A stretch of 53,322 bases of DNA from an uncultured Methanosarcinales archaeon (GTDB lineage Archaea > Nanobdellota > Nanobdellia > Woesearchaeales > GW2011-AR4). Location: the NCBI GenBank assembly GCA_964611745.1, contig CAZTBE010000004.1, forward strand, positions 1-53,322, given 5' to 3'. A model generated the notes under the pieces. It had not been told where the DNA came from. It worked only from the letters and a program-made list of their open reading frames with translations, and searched no databases. This document shows positions 8,635 through 17,195 of this stretch, piece after piece. The number at the start of each line of letters is the position of its first letter. Positions within the stretch are counted from its first letter, which is position 1. The translations under genes were made by a program, and so were the position numbers.

Positions 8635-10098
8635 TTACTTTGTTACTTTACCAGTCAAACTCCTCAACATATGCCCAGTAATCTCCAAATCATAAAATTT
8701 CTTTAACTCTAATCTGCCTTTAACACCAACAACCAGTGGATAAGTTCCAAACTGCCTGCAGAAAGTAGTATTGCCGTCATAAATCTCTGTATAACAATCT
8801 TTAAGCACAACACCTTTTGGAGCAATTCTTTGAAGCATTGGCCAATCAATTTTCTGCCTTATGTCATTTCTCCATTTCCAATAATATTTTCTATTCTTTT
8901 TCAAAAATTTATTCCCGCATTCCTTAAAAAGTGAAGTTCCCTCAAATATTGCAACCTGCCTTATATTAATCCTGCGCAGCATTAAGCCATCATCATAAAT
9001 CTTCTTTAGCCATTTCATATTCTCTTCATGAGTTTTTTTGCTTTCCTCTTTCAACCCAAAAATTAAGTTGATGCCGGGTAAGTATTTAGGCATTCCATTT
9101 TCTCCTCTTTCTGCGCCATACTTATTAAGGATTTTTATAGCCTCATAAGCTATTTTTGGAGAACTGTTCAGCATATTTTCTTTAACAACAACTTCATCAA
9201 AACTCTCAACTCCAAAGGCAGCTATATTTCCAGGAGTACAATATTTAACAATAGCTTTAGTTATTTCATGATTTTTATCTGCAACAACCTTTACTGGATT
9301 TACATTATCTATATGTAAAACTTTTATGTCCTTACATTTTTTTCTAATCTCCTTTAAAAGCCCAATAGCCTCTGGAAAGGTATAGAAACAATTCTGTTTT
9401 CCCAATCTAAAATACCTGCAGCCTAATTTATAAAATTCAATAATTTCTTTCAAAATATCCCCTTTATCCCTGAACTCAACATTGTTTTTTAACGGCTCTA
9501 TACAAAAGCTGCATTTCCCTACATCACATCCATGCCCTGTCTCAATCTCAATCATCCTGTAATCAGGAATCTGTGTAACAATTTTTGCCCCATCGACTGC
9601 ATATTCTTTAACCTCATCATAGGGAAAATTAAACATTTGCTTATTAACATCATCAAAAACATCTAAATCTGCTTTCTCAAAAAACTTACCGCCATGCAAC
9701 TGGGTGCCAAAAACAGCAGGCCCTGTAAGTATTTTTTTGCATTTGAGGTCTTTAATTAATGGTATAAGCTCTTTTAAGGTTCCAGGCATTGCAGAAAGAT
9801 ATTTCCCAGGAACATGAACACCTAAAACAACAATTAAAGTATCAGTTTCTTCCAATATTTTTTTAATATTCTTATAATTGATTGTTAAATTGTATATTTT
9901 TATATTTGTTTTTTGAGACGATTTTGTTTCTTTTAATGTAGAATTATATTTTTTCCATAACCTTAAATCGTCAATTGTCAAATAATTAACATCCTCATTA
10001 AGATAGCCAGCTATATACCTTGGATATGCCCCTAAATAAGGTGGAACTCCTAATCCTGCTGGCTCATCAGTATAGCAGTCTAAAATTGTATATCTCAT
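8635..10098 (-). CDS. Radical SAM protein with an N-terminal Rossmann/B12-like domain
   Basis: The cluster motif GHGCDVGKCSFC has Cx4Cx2C spacing. The start was moved to MRYTILDCYTDEPAGLG (ATG 10098-10096), because the upstream 30 codons of the ORF look like promoter DNA. Confidence 0.7.
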   Translation of the reverse strand: MRYTILDCYTDEPAGLGVPPYLGAYPRYIAGYLNEDVNYLTIDDLRLWKKYNSTLKETKSSQKTNIKIYNLTINYKNIKKILEETDTLIVVLGVHVPGKYLSAMPGTLKELIPLIKDLKCKKILTGPAVFGTQLHGGKFFEKADLDVFDDVNKQMFNFPYDEVKEYAVDGAKIVTQIPDYRMIEIETGHGCDVGKCSFCIEPLKNNVEFRDKGDILKEIIEFYKLGCRYFRLGKQNCFYTFPEAIGLLKEIRKKCKDIKVLHIDNVNPVKVVADKNHEITKAIVKYCTPGNIAAFGVESFDEVVVKENMLNSSPKIAYEAIKILNKYGAERGENGMPKYLPGINLIFGLKEESKKTHEENMKWLKKIYDDGLMLRRINIRQVAIFEGTSLFKECGNKFLKKNRKYYWKWRNDIRQKIDWPMLQRIAPKGVVLKDCYTEIYDGNTTFCRQFGTYPLVVGVKGRLELKKFYDLEITGHMLRSLTGKVTK

Positions 10099-10200
10099 GC
10101 TTAAAAGTAACATTTGCGCTATTAAAAAGGTTTTTATTTGGCTAACATTTACATAAAATACAAAAACATTTATATTACCTAAAATCAAATAAAGATCATT

Positions 10201-10809
10201 ATGGGAGTAGTTTTAATATCAATACTTATAGTATTTTTACTCTTATTCCTATTAAATTTCTATAGAGATCCAAAAAGAAAAATACCTAAAGGCAATAATA
10301 TAGTAAGCCCTGCCGACGGCAAAGTAATCAATATATTAAAAATAGAAAAAGATAAAACAATAGTTAATAAGGGGTTTCTTGGAAAAATACAAACCTTAAC
10401 AAAGGATATAGCAAAAGAATGTTATGTCATTTCAATATTCATGTCGCCTTTTGATGTGCATATAAACAGGGCCCCGATTGATGGAAAAATAGCCTCAATA
10501 AAACACGAAAAAGGAAAATTTTTTGCAGCATTCAACCTCAAAAAATCTTTAATGAATGAAAAAAACGAAATAATAATGAAAAACAGGAATATTGGAAAAA
10601 TAAAAATAATACAGATAGCAGGTTTTCTTGCAAGAAGAATAATTTGCACTGTAAATAAAAATGAAAAACTTAATAAAGGGCAGAGAATTGGAAAAATTGT
10701 ACTGGGTTCGCAAGTTACATTAATATTGCCCTCAAAAAAAGTAAATCTTAAGATTAAGAAAAAACAAAAAGTAACTGCTGGAGAAACAATAATTGCTGGG
10801 TTAAGATGA
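10201..10809 (+). CDS. psd: Phosphatidylserine (archaetidylserine) decarboxylase proenzyme
   Basis: FMSPFDVHINRAPIDGKI is present, together with the C-terminal LGSQVTL self-cleavage-type G-S motif and an N-terminal TM helix. Confidence 0.8.
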   Translation: MGVVLISILIVFLLLFLLNFYRDPKRKIPKGNNIVSPADGKVINILKIEKDKTIVNKGFLGKIQTLTKDIAKECYVISIFMSPFDVHINRAPIDGKIASIKHEKGKFFAAFNLKKSLMNEKNEIIMKNRNIGKIKIIQIAGFLARRIICTVNKNEKLNKGQRIGKIVLGSQVTLILPSKKVNLKIKKKQKVTAGETIIAGLR

Positions 10810-11369
10810 ATTCAAAGTTAATGTTTTTTTCAAATTTCCTTAAAAATCCCACAGAAGTAGCAGCTATCGCTCCAAGTTCGAAATATTTAATAAATAAGAT
10901 AATTAAAAATATTGATTTTAGCAAAACAAAATGTATTGTTGAGTATGGTCCTGGTGTAGGAACTATAACAAAAGCAATATTAGAAAAGCTAAATCAAGAT
11001 GCAAAATTAATTTGCTTTGAATCAAACTCTAAATTTTGCTCATTTCTTAATAAAAACATGAATGACTCAAGATTGGTCGTAATAAATGACACAGCTGAAA
11101 AACTTAATTTCTATCTTGAAAAACTTGATACAGGCAATATTGATTATGTATTATCGGGCATCCCTTTCTCTTTGATTAAAAAAGAAACTAAAAAAGACAT
11201 TATTAAAAAGACAGAGTGTATCCTAAGAGAAAGTGGCAAGTTTATCATATACCAGCAATATAATTGGCATTTAAAAAAATATCTGGATACTTGTTTTAAA
11301 AACATTTCAACAGAAGTAGAGATCAGAAATATACCTCCAACTATGTTATATGTCTGTGAAAAAACATGA
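10806..11369 (+). CDS. Class I SAM-dependent methyltransferase (phospholipid N-methyltransferase-like, COG3963-type)
   Basis: SAM motif I is VEYGPGVGTITKAIL. ATGA start/stop overlaps occur with psd (10806-10809) and with the next gene (11366-11369). Confidence 0.55.
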   Translation: MNSKLMFFSNFLKNPTEVAAIAPSSKYLINKIIKNIDFSKTKCIVEYGPGVGTITKAILEKLNQDAKLICFESNSKFCSFLNKNMNDSRLVVINDTAEKLNFYLEKLDTGNIDYVLSGIPFSLIKKETKKDIIKKTECILRESGKFIIYQQYNWHLKKYLDTCFKNISTEVEIRNIPPTMLYVCEKT

Positions 11370-12400
11370 AAATAAGAATTAAAAAAAGAAGAATCTCAAT
11401 AACCCTAACATTTTTGAGATTATTTCTGGCATTTATATTATTCTTTATTATTATTTCTGGAGAACAGGACATAGCTGTTTTTCTTTTTATCGTAACAGCA
11501 TTCTGGTCTTTCTTTGATCATTTTATATACAAAAAACAGAAATCACAATTAAAATCCATAACAGATTTATTGGCAGATAAATTACTGATAAACCTTACTG
11601 CAATAGCTTTGGTAATAGCAAATTTACTTCCATTCTGGGTTATGTCAGTTTTCCTTGGCAGAGACTTGCTTACAATTATAGGTGGGGCATATTTATTTTA
11701 TAAAGATATCAGAAGAGAATTTGAAGCTACCCTCATAGGCAAGATAACCTTATTCTTCCAAATAATAGCCTTAATTCCCGCAACTCTAGGAGAAATAGAT
11801 TGGGTTTTGATATGGACTGCAACAACTCTAACAATAATTTCAGCAATAGAATTATTCTTTAAATCAGAATTTAGATTGACAAGAAAAACAGACATAAATG
11901 AGTTTAGAATTTCAAAATTACTAAAACTTGCGGATATTTTTACTCTGGTAAATGTTGTTTTTGGATTGCTTGCAATACTTTTTGTAATAAATGAAAACTA
12001 CATTTTTGCAATAAGCTCGCTTTTCTTGGCGGTGATAGCCGATTATGCAGATGGAAAATTAGCAAAAAAACTAAAACAGCAAAACACTTTTGGAAAGGAA
12101 TTAGATTCTTTAGCCGATACGATATCTTTTGGAGTAGCACCTGCAATTTTTGGTTTTTCATTAATCCAGACCCCATTGGCAATAGCATCCTTTACAATTT
12201 TTTTATTTTGTGGTATTTTAAGGCTCGCAAGATACAACATAATGGATACACCAGACAGCTATGAGGGAATGCCTATAACATTAAATGGCATAATAATACC
12301 GGCATTGTTCTTGTTTAAGATGCCTGTAGATTTCTACCCATATATCTATATCCTGTTGGGAATATTGATGGTGTCAAATATAAGGTTCAGAAAAATCTAA
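11366..12400 (+). CDS. CDP-alcohol phosphatidyltransferase, phosphatidylserine-synthase-like, with a degenerate N-terminal repeat
   Basis: The C-terminal half carries DGKLAKKLKQQNTFGKELDSLAD, which fits D-G-x2-A-[RK]-x8-G-x3-D-x3-D. The N-terminal half is a polytopic membrane domain lacking the DG motif. Confidence 0.7.
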   Translation: MKIRIKKRRISITLTFLRLFLAFILFFIIISGEQDIAVFLFIVTAFWSFFDHFIYKKQKSQLKSITDLLADKLLINLTAIALVIANLLPFWVMSVFLGRDLLTIIGGAYLFYKDIRREFEATLIGKITLFFQIIALIPATLGEIDWVLIWTATTLTIISAIELFFKSEFRLTRKTDINEFRISKLLKLADIFTLVNVVFGLLAILFVINENYIFAISSLFLAVIADYADGKLAKKLKQQNTFGKELDSLADTISFGVAPAIFGFSLIQTPLAIASFTIFLFCGILRLARYNIMDTPDSYEGMPITLNGIIIPALFLFKMPVDFYPYIYILLGILMVSNIRFRKI

Positions 12401-13428
12401 ATTCTGGATTTTTTTATAATCAAATGTTTATATACCTCTACAATCATATACAAATAGGTCAGTACAGCAATTAAAACCAATATCTGAGATTTATACACAA
12501 AATCAATAACTATGGCAATTATTGCAACATATGAGATTCCAACAACAACCTTCCCTAAAGCGCTTGAATGTACATCTTTAAATTTTGAAAGATAAGTCGT
12601 TTTTGTAACTAACAGGATAATAGAGGGCACCAAAAATAATATAATCCAAAATGAATTCAGGATGCCAGCTGCGTAAAAAGCAAGGTATGACGATACTATT
12701 AACATAAAATCAGTAAAAGCATCATAAATCCTCCCAAACTTTGTAATTTGTTCTGTTATCCTTGCTGATACCCCATCTAATTTATCCAACAGTACTATGA
12801 TAGCAAAAACCGCCAATGCGAAATTTGACTTTGATTCTATCACATTAATTATGAACAGTGGAATCAGTAGAAGCCTGAATGTCGTTATTATGTTGGGTAT
12901 ATTGAGAATATTTTCTCCCATGAGCTTACCCATTTTTACAAGATAATCTAAGCCGGAAACTACCGTTATTATAACTGCTATGAGCATAAACAACCAATTC
13001 AAAGGTATGCTGAGAATAACTGTCAGTATGGCTATAATCTGCGATACAGTTTTTATTTTTCCAAGTTTACTTGCACCGATGACAACTTTTTTTGGTAGAA
13101 AAAATAGTCTTGCCACTGTAATAATTAATTCTCTGGAAATAATGATAACAGCCATCCATAATTGTATTCTCCCAATTAGGAATATTAATGCTGCAGATAT
13201 TAACAATTTATCTGCGATAGGATCTATTATCTTCCCTATACCGGTAATCTGCTGTTTTTTCCTTGCAATGTATCCATCTAGTGCATCTGATAAAGATAAA
13301 ATTATGAAAATAAATGCAGCAATATAATCCCTGTAAGGTATATCCATCAAAAGAAAAATTACGAACACAGGAATTAGAAGAATCCTGATATAAGTTATCT
13401 GATTTGGAATTGAAAAAACATCTTTCAT
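12397..13428 (-). CDS. Tandem (duplicated) CDP-alcohol phosphatidyltransferase
   Basis: One polypeptide carries two complete motifs, DALDGYIARKKQQITGIGKIIDPIADK and DKLDGVSARITEQITKFGRIYDAFTD. Confidence 0.8.
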   Translation of the reverse strand: MKDVFSIPNQITYIRILLIPVFVIFLLMDIPYRDYIAAFIFIILSLSDALDGYIARKKQQITGIGKIIDPIADKLLISAALIFLIGRIQLWMAVIIISRELIITVARLFFLPKKVVIGASKLGKIKTVSQIIAILTVILSIPLNWLFMLIAVIITVVSGLDYLVKMGKLMGENILNIPNIITTFRLLLIPLFIINVIESKSNFALAVFAIIVLLDKLDGVSARITEQITKFGRIYDAFTDFMLIVSSYLAFYAAGILNSFWIILFLVPSIILLVTKTTYLSKFKDVHSSALGKVVVGISYVAIIAIVIDFVYKSQILVLIAVLTYLYMIVEVYKHLIIKKSRI

Positions 13429-13488
13429 TTTTCTGTGAATTAATCAAAATAACAATTTTTATAATCCTTATATAATTTTCTATTTACC

Positions 13489-13632
13489 CCAGGTTGGTGC
13501 GAAAGTCGGTGCTTGTGCGTAATTTGCCAATTCTTATAGCTCCGCAGGATTGTGCTGTTCGACCTGAGCGAAGCGAAGTTGAGAGGAATGCTAAGGCTTC
13601 GCACAAGCACGAATTAGATTTTTGCACCAACC
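13489..13632. mobile_element. MITE-like GC-rich palindromic insertion (element A)
   Basis: The terminal inverted repeat GGTTGGTGC (13492-13500) pairs with GCACCAACC (13624-13632). An inner perfect 11-bp stem pairs 13509-13519 with 13600-13610. The direct repeat TCTATTTACC flanks the element at 13479-13488 and 13633-13642. Confidence 0.5.
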
Positions 13633-13661
13633 TCTATTTACCAGTTTATTTAAAGGATGCT

Positions 13662-14222
13662 TTAAATCCTCACATCCCTTAGAGAATAAACTAGTTTCAT
13701 CAAATCCGATGTTTGTTTTTCAATATTCTTAGAGCCCTTTTTTAAATAAATAAGTTTCCCTATATTTAATGTTGTTGTAAAAGGAATGTACGATGATTTT
13801 ATACCTACCGGGAGGATGGGGATTTTTGTTTCTATTGCCAGCCTGACAAATCCGGTTTTAAAATTTTTGGCTAGCATTTTTTTATAATTTCCCTCTGGAA
13901 AAATACCTATAATTTTATTATTTAGAAGATATTTTTTAATTTCATTATATGCCTGCTTTGAATTAAATAAAGGAATACAACCAGCCCACTGCCTGCAAAC
14001 CATATCCCCTAAAAACCACCAAGTGGGTTCTGCAATAAAATGTATCTTTTTATTTAGTTTCTTTATCATTATGTAAAGTATATAAAATGGGTCTATAAGT
14101 CTTTCATGATTTGAAACTACTATGAATGGAGGTTTACTCGGAACATTTCCTATGCCCCTGATCCTTTTTGTTAAGATACAACAGATAGGATAAATCCAAA
14201 TTTTAGATATGGGATAAACCAT
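13662..14222 (-). CDS. PlsC-like lysophospholipid/glycerol-phosphate acyltransferase
   Basis: The HX4D motif is present (NHERLID), and so is the FPEG motif (GIFPEGNY). Confidence 0.7.
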   Translation of the reverse strand: MVYPISKIWIYPICCILTKRIRGIGNVPSKPPFIVVSNHERLIDPFYILYIMIKKLNKKIHFIAEPTWWFLGDMVCRQWAGCIPLFNSKQAYNEIKKYLLNNKIIGIFPEGNYKKMLAKNFKTGFVRLAIETKIPILPVGIKSSYIPFTTTLNIGKLIYLKKGSKNIEKQTSDLMKLVYSLRDVRI

Positions 14223-14285
14223 TTAATAGCACTCAACTCTCCATGATTTTGTTTTCATTAAATTAAAAATCTTCCTAAAAATATT

Positions 14286-15092
14286 TTACAGGTTTTTATC
14301 ATCAAATGAAACTAAATATAAAGGCTTTTTTGACATTTTGACCATAACTTTCTGTCTTGCTTTGAATTTATGCTCTCTGCTCAAAGAGTCGGCTATTAAA
14401 ATGCCATTACCAACTTCAAATATAACTCCTATCCTTTCATTTTTACTTAAAATTCCATTAACCAAATAACATTTTGCGGAAACTTTTCCACAATACGGCT
14501 CCCTTACCAAATATTCAAATTTATTGGAATTTAATGGCAATATTTTCCCACCAGCGCTTTTAATCCATGCATTGCTTCCGGCAGCTGTAGAAACCAGAAC
14601 CCCGCTGCTTTTCTGCTTTTCCTTTTTCCATCTTAAGAGAAGAAAGTATCTTGCTGTATGGTGCTGTTTTTTTGACGCTATATAAAATTCATTTAATGCA
14701 AGCTCGGAAATCTTTTTATTTCCTATATAAGCCTCCAGCCTTTGAAGTTTTTTTGTTTTATAATCATTATTCAAAATTCTTTTAAATTTCCTTTTAAAAT
14801 CTTTTTTTGCAGCTGTCATAAAAAAGCCTTCCTTATATTTTGGGTCAGAATTGACACCCAGCACAGGAGTTTTGTCAAAAATAAAATGAGAAGTCCTCAG
14901 AAAAGTCCCATCTCCGCCAACGGATATTACCCAATCTTTATTTTGAAATAACTTTTTATTCAGTTTTTCTCTTTTAGAAAGTATATAGCTAATTTTATAT
15001 TTTTTTAAGGTATTTTTAACTATTTCTAATGTTGATTTTTCTTCTTTACTTAGTGGTTTGGTGTAGACCACTAAAATATTTTTTAATTGCAT
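14286..15092 (-). CDS. nadK: NAD(+) kinase
   Basis: It has the GGDGT motif (VISVGGDGTFLR) and typical length and architecture. Confidence 0.85.
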   Translation of the reverse strand: MQLKNILVVYTKPLSKEEKSTLEIVKNTLKKYKISYILSKREKLNKKLFQNKDWVISVGGDGTFLRTSHFIFDKTPVLGVNSDPKYKEGFFMTAAKKDFKRKFKRILNNDYKTKKLQRLEAYIGNKKISELALNEFYIASKKQHHTARYFLLLRWKKEKQKSSGVLVSTAAGSNAWIKSAGGKILPLNSNKFEYLVREPYCGKVSAKCYLVNGILSKNERIGVIFEVGNGILIADSLSREHKFKARQKVMVKMSKKPLYLVSFDDKNL

Positions 15093-15138
15093 AATGGATA
15101 AGAATATCTAAAGATTAATAAAATTTTGCTTTTAAATT

Positions 15139-16032
15139 TTAGTTTACTTTCTGATCTAATGGAGTTACAGATAAACCCCGTTCGCTGTGATTGTGAAATT
15201 GAAACGGTTTTCCCATAATAGTCAATTCTGCCTGTTCAATCATAAAATCAAAGGTATCATCAATACTCTTCCTTTTTTCGTGTAATTCTTGGGCTGCCTC
15301 ATAAGCTCTTTTTACAAGTTCATCAGGATTGGTATCGGCTATCACAACCGTATCATTTTCCTTCCTTATATAGTCTTTATTTATAGCTTCCAAGTATTCA
15401 CTTATACCCCCAGATCCTTTTAAAATAGCAATAACTCTCCCACCAAGTTCGCGAGCTATTGCAGCTTCATGATTAGTTCCAGCATCACCATCCGAAAAAA
15501 ATGCAATTCTGCTAGTATAAAGGTTCGGCAGATCCCTTTGTACAAACCTTCTATTAGGTGACCTATGTGTAATATTAAGATAAAATATTACATTGTAAGG
15601 GTCTAAAGGTTTCATATCCCATTCGTTTACTAAGGATTCGTTAATTCCTTGAAGGGAAGTTACAACTTTCATATATTCAATAACATGAAAAGATTCACTA
15701 CCCACCGGACTTATACCAACTAAAATTCTTCCCTCAACCATACTCACCCCATGAGCTGCTTGATGCGGAATCCCGGGGGAAGCTCCTGTAATTCCAATGA
15801 TTCCTCTTTTAGCAGTTTCTTGTCCAATAATAATTGTTTTCTCTACAGTATCCTTATACTGTCCTATGTCCTTCGGCTCATAATCTCCATAAGCTGACCC
15901 AAAAAATCCTGCAACAATCTTGTCCTTAGGAATAGGTGTTGGTTTATAAATTCTTAATTGAGAATCACGATAAAAAACCCCCCCATCACTTAATTGAGGT
16001 ATAACAAATGTCCCTGTCTGATAATTATCCAT
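15139..16032 (-). CDS. LOG / TIGR00725-like Rossmann-fold nucleotide-binding protein with extra N- and C-terminal regions
   Basis: GITGASPGIPHQAAHG and FFSDGDAGTNHEAAIA resemble the GGGxxGLM and PGGxGTxxE motifs of LOG-family proteins. The match is weak. Confidence 0.35.
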   Translation of the reverse strand: MDNYQTGTFVIPQLSDGGVFYRDSQLRIYKPTPIPKDKIVAGFFGSAYGDYEPKDIGQYKDTVEKTIIIGQETAKRGIIGITGASPGIPHQAAHGVSMVEGRILVGISPVGSESFHVIEYMKVVTSLQGINESLVNEWDMKPLDPYNVIFYLNITHRSPNRRFVQRDLPNLYTSRIAFFSDGDAGTNHEAAIARELGGRVIAILKGSGGISEYLEAINKDYIRKENDTVVIADTNPDELVKRAYEAAQELHEKRKSIDDTFDFMIEQAELTIMGKPFQFHNHSERGLSVTPLDQKVN

Positions 16033-16101
16033 TTTTAAATTATTTAAGAATCCATATCCCTATATAAATTTAACTTATACAGTTCTCAGAATTCTATATA
16101 A

Positions 16102-16986
16102 CTATGTTGTTTTCTCCATCCCCTTCACAATCATAACCAAACCCTTATTAACCGGACATTTAATCCCATATTTTTTACCTAACTCAACTACTGCTCCATT
16201 TAAATAATCAATTTCTGTATGCTTGCCCTTAATTATATCCTGATACATTGAAGATAAATTCTTAGAGCCTTTAATCCCTTCATTTATTTTTTTGACAAAA
16301 TCAAAGTCAAATTTAACACCATCTTTCTCAGCAACCTTTAAACATTCATCTACAATAAGTTTTTTCAATGGATTAAGATTTTCATCAGAAATTCTATTAT
16401 TATCAACACGCAGAATAGCAGACACAGGATTTAACACACAATTAACGATTAATTTCTTCCAGATATCTTCCTTTAAGTTTTCAGAAACATTAGCCTTTAA
16501 ACCACATTTACTAAAATTCTCAGCCAAATCCTTGCTTACAGGACTTTTCTCAATTGCATTATAGCCCAAATTATTGAATTGAATTATCCCAGATTCCAAA
16601 AAAGTCGCACCTACAGCAGTAATTCCCCTTAAAACAAGGCATTTATCCTTGACAATCTCTTTTACAATATCTTCACTATTCAAACCATTCTGCAAACAAA
16701 GAATTACTGTATTTTTTTTCATTAATTTTATTATTGGTTCTATTGCCTTTTTATTGTCATATACTTTAGTTGTAAGCAATATCAATGTGTTGTCTTCTAT
16801 TTTTTCTATTGCTACTGCTGCTTTTAATCTGTATGCAGTATTTTCTTTGCCAGTAACCTTTAAACCATCTTGATTCACCTTATCAGCATGCTCCTGCCTT
16901 CCAACTAATGTAACCTCATTTAGCTTTGATAATTTCGCTCCATACAGGCTTCCAACAGCCCCGGCTCCCAATACAATTATTTTCAT
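16102..16986 (-). CDS. panE: 2-dehydropantoate 2-reductase (ketopantoate reductase, ApbA/PanE family)
   Basis: The N-terminus MKIIVLGAGAVGSLYGAKL is typical, the protein is 294 aa, and a conserved SMYQDI-type motif lies in the C-terminal domain. Confidence 0.8.
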   Translation of the reverse strand: MKIIVLGAGAVGSLYGAKLSKLNEVTLVGRQEHADKVNQDGLKVTGKENTAYRLKAAVAIEKIEDNTLILLTTKVYDNKKAIEPIIKLMKKNTVILCLQNGLNSEDIVKEIVKDKCLVLRGITAVGATFLESGIIQFNNLGYNAIEKSPVSKDLAENFSKCGLKANVSENLKEDIWKKLIVNCVLNPVSAILRVDNNRISDENLNPLKKLIVDECLKVAEKDGVKFDFDFVKKINEGIKGSKNLSSMYQDIIKGKHTEIDYLNGAVVELGKKYGIKCPVNKGLVMIVKGMEKTT

Positions 16987-16994
16987 TTTTCAAT

Positions 16995-17029
16995 ACCAAC
17001 GTAGTTGGTGCCGGACGTAGTCCGAGCAT
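16995..17029. repeat. Twin perfect triloop hairpins plus a CCGAGCAT tail in the panE leader
   Basis: The hairpins are ACCAAC-GTA-GTTGGT (16995-17009) and CGGAC-GTA-GTCCG (17012-17024). The tail CCGAGCAT lies at 17022-17029. Confidence 0.5.
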
Positions 17030-17030
17030 T

Positions 17031-17195
17031 TTTTATTACAATTTTTTCATTGAATTTCATATTATTATTTTTTAGTTTTATTTATTATTTTTAAATTATT
17101 GTTTTAATTATTATTGAACTTATTTTTTAATTATTTTATTTTGAATATTTTTTATTGAATTTTTAATTATTGTACTACTATTCATTATAGAAAAA
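17031..17195. repeat. T-rich low-complexity intergenic spacer of the TTAATTATTG family
   Basis: TTAATTATTGTACT lies at 17163-17176. TTCATTGAAT, ATTATTGAAC and TTTATTGAAT units recur. The spacer lies between leuS and panE. Confidence 0.5.

Noticed and set aside
13492-13632. Element A could be a tRNA, 5S rRNA or other standard RNA gene. ORF 13494-13682 could be coding.
   Set aside because: The terminal 7-9 bp stem mimics an acceptor stem, but there is no D-arm, anticodon arm or T-arm adjacent to the 3' strand, and no 5S-like motifs. The ORF uses a TTG start and reads through a palindrome, so it is not credible as a gene.
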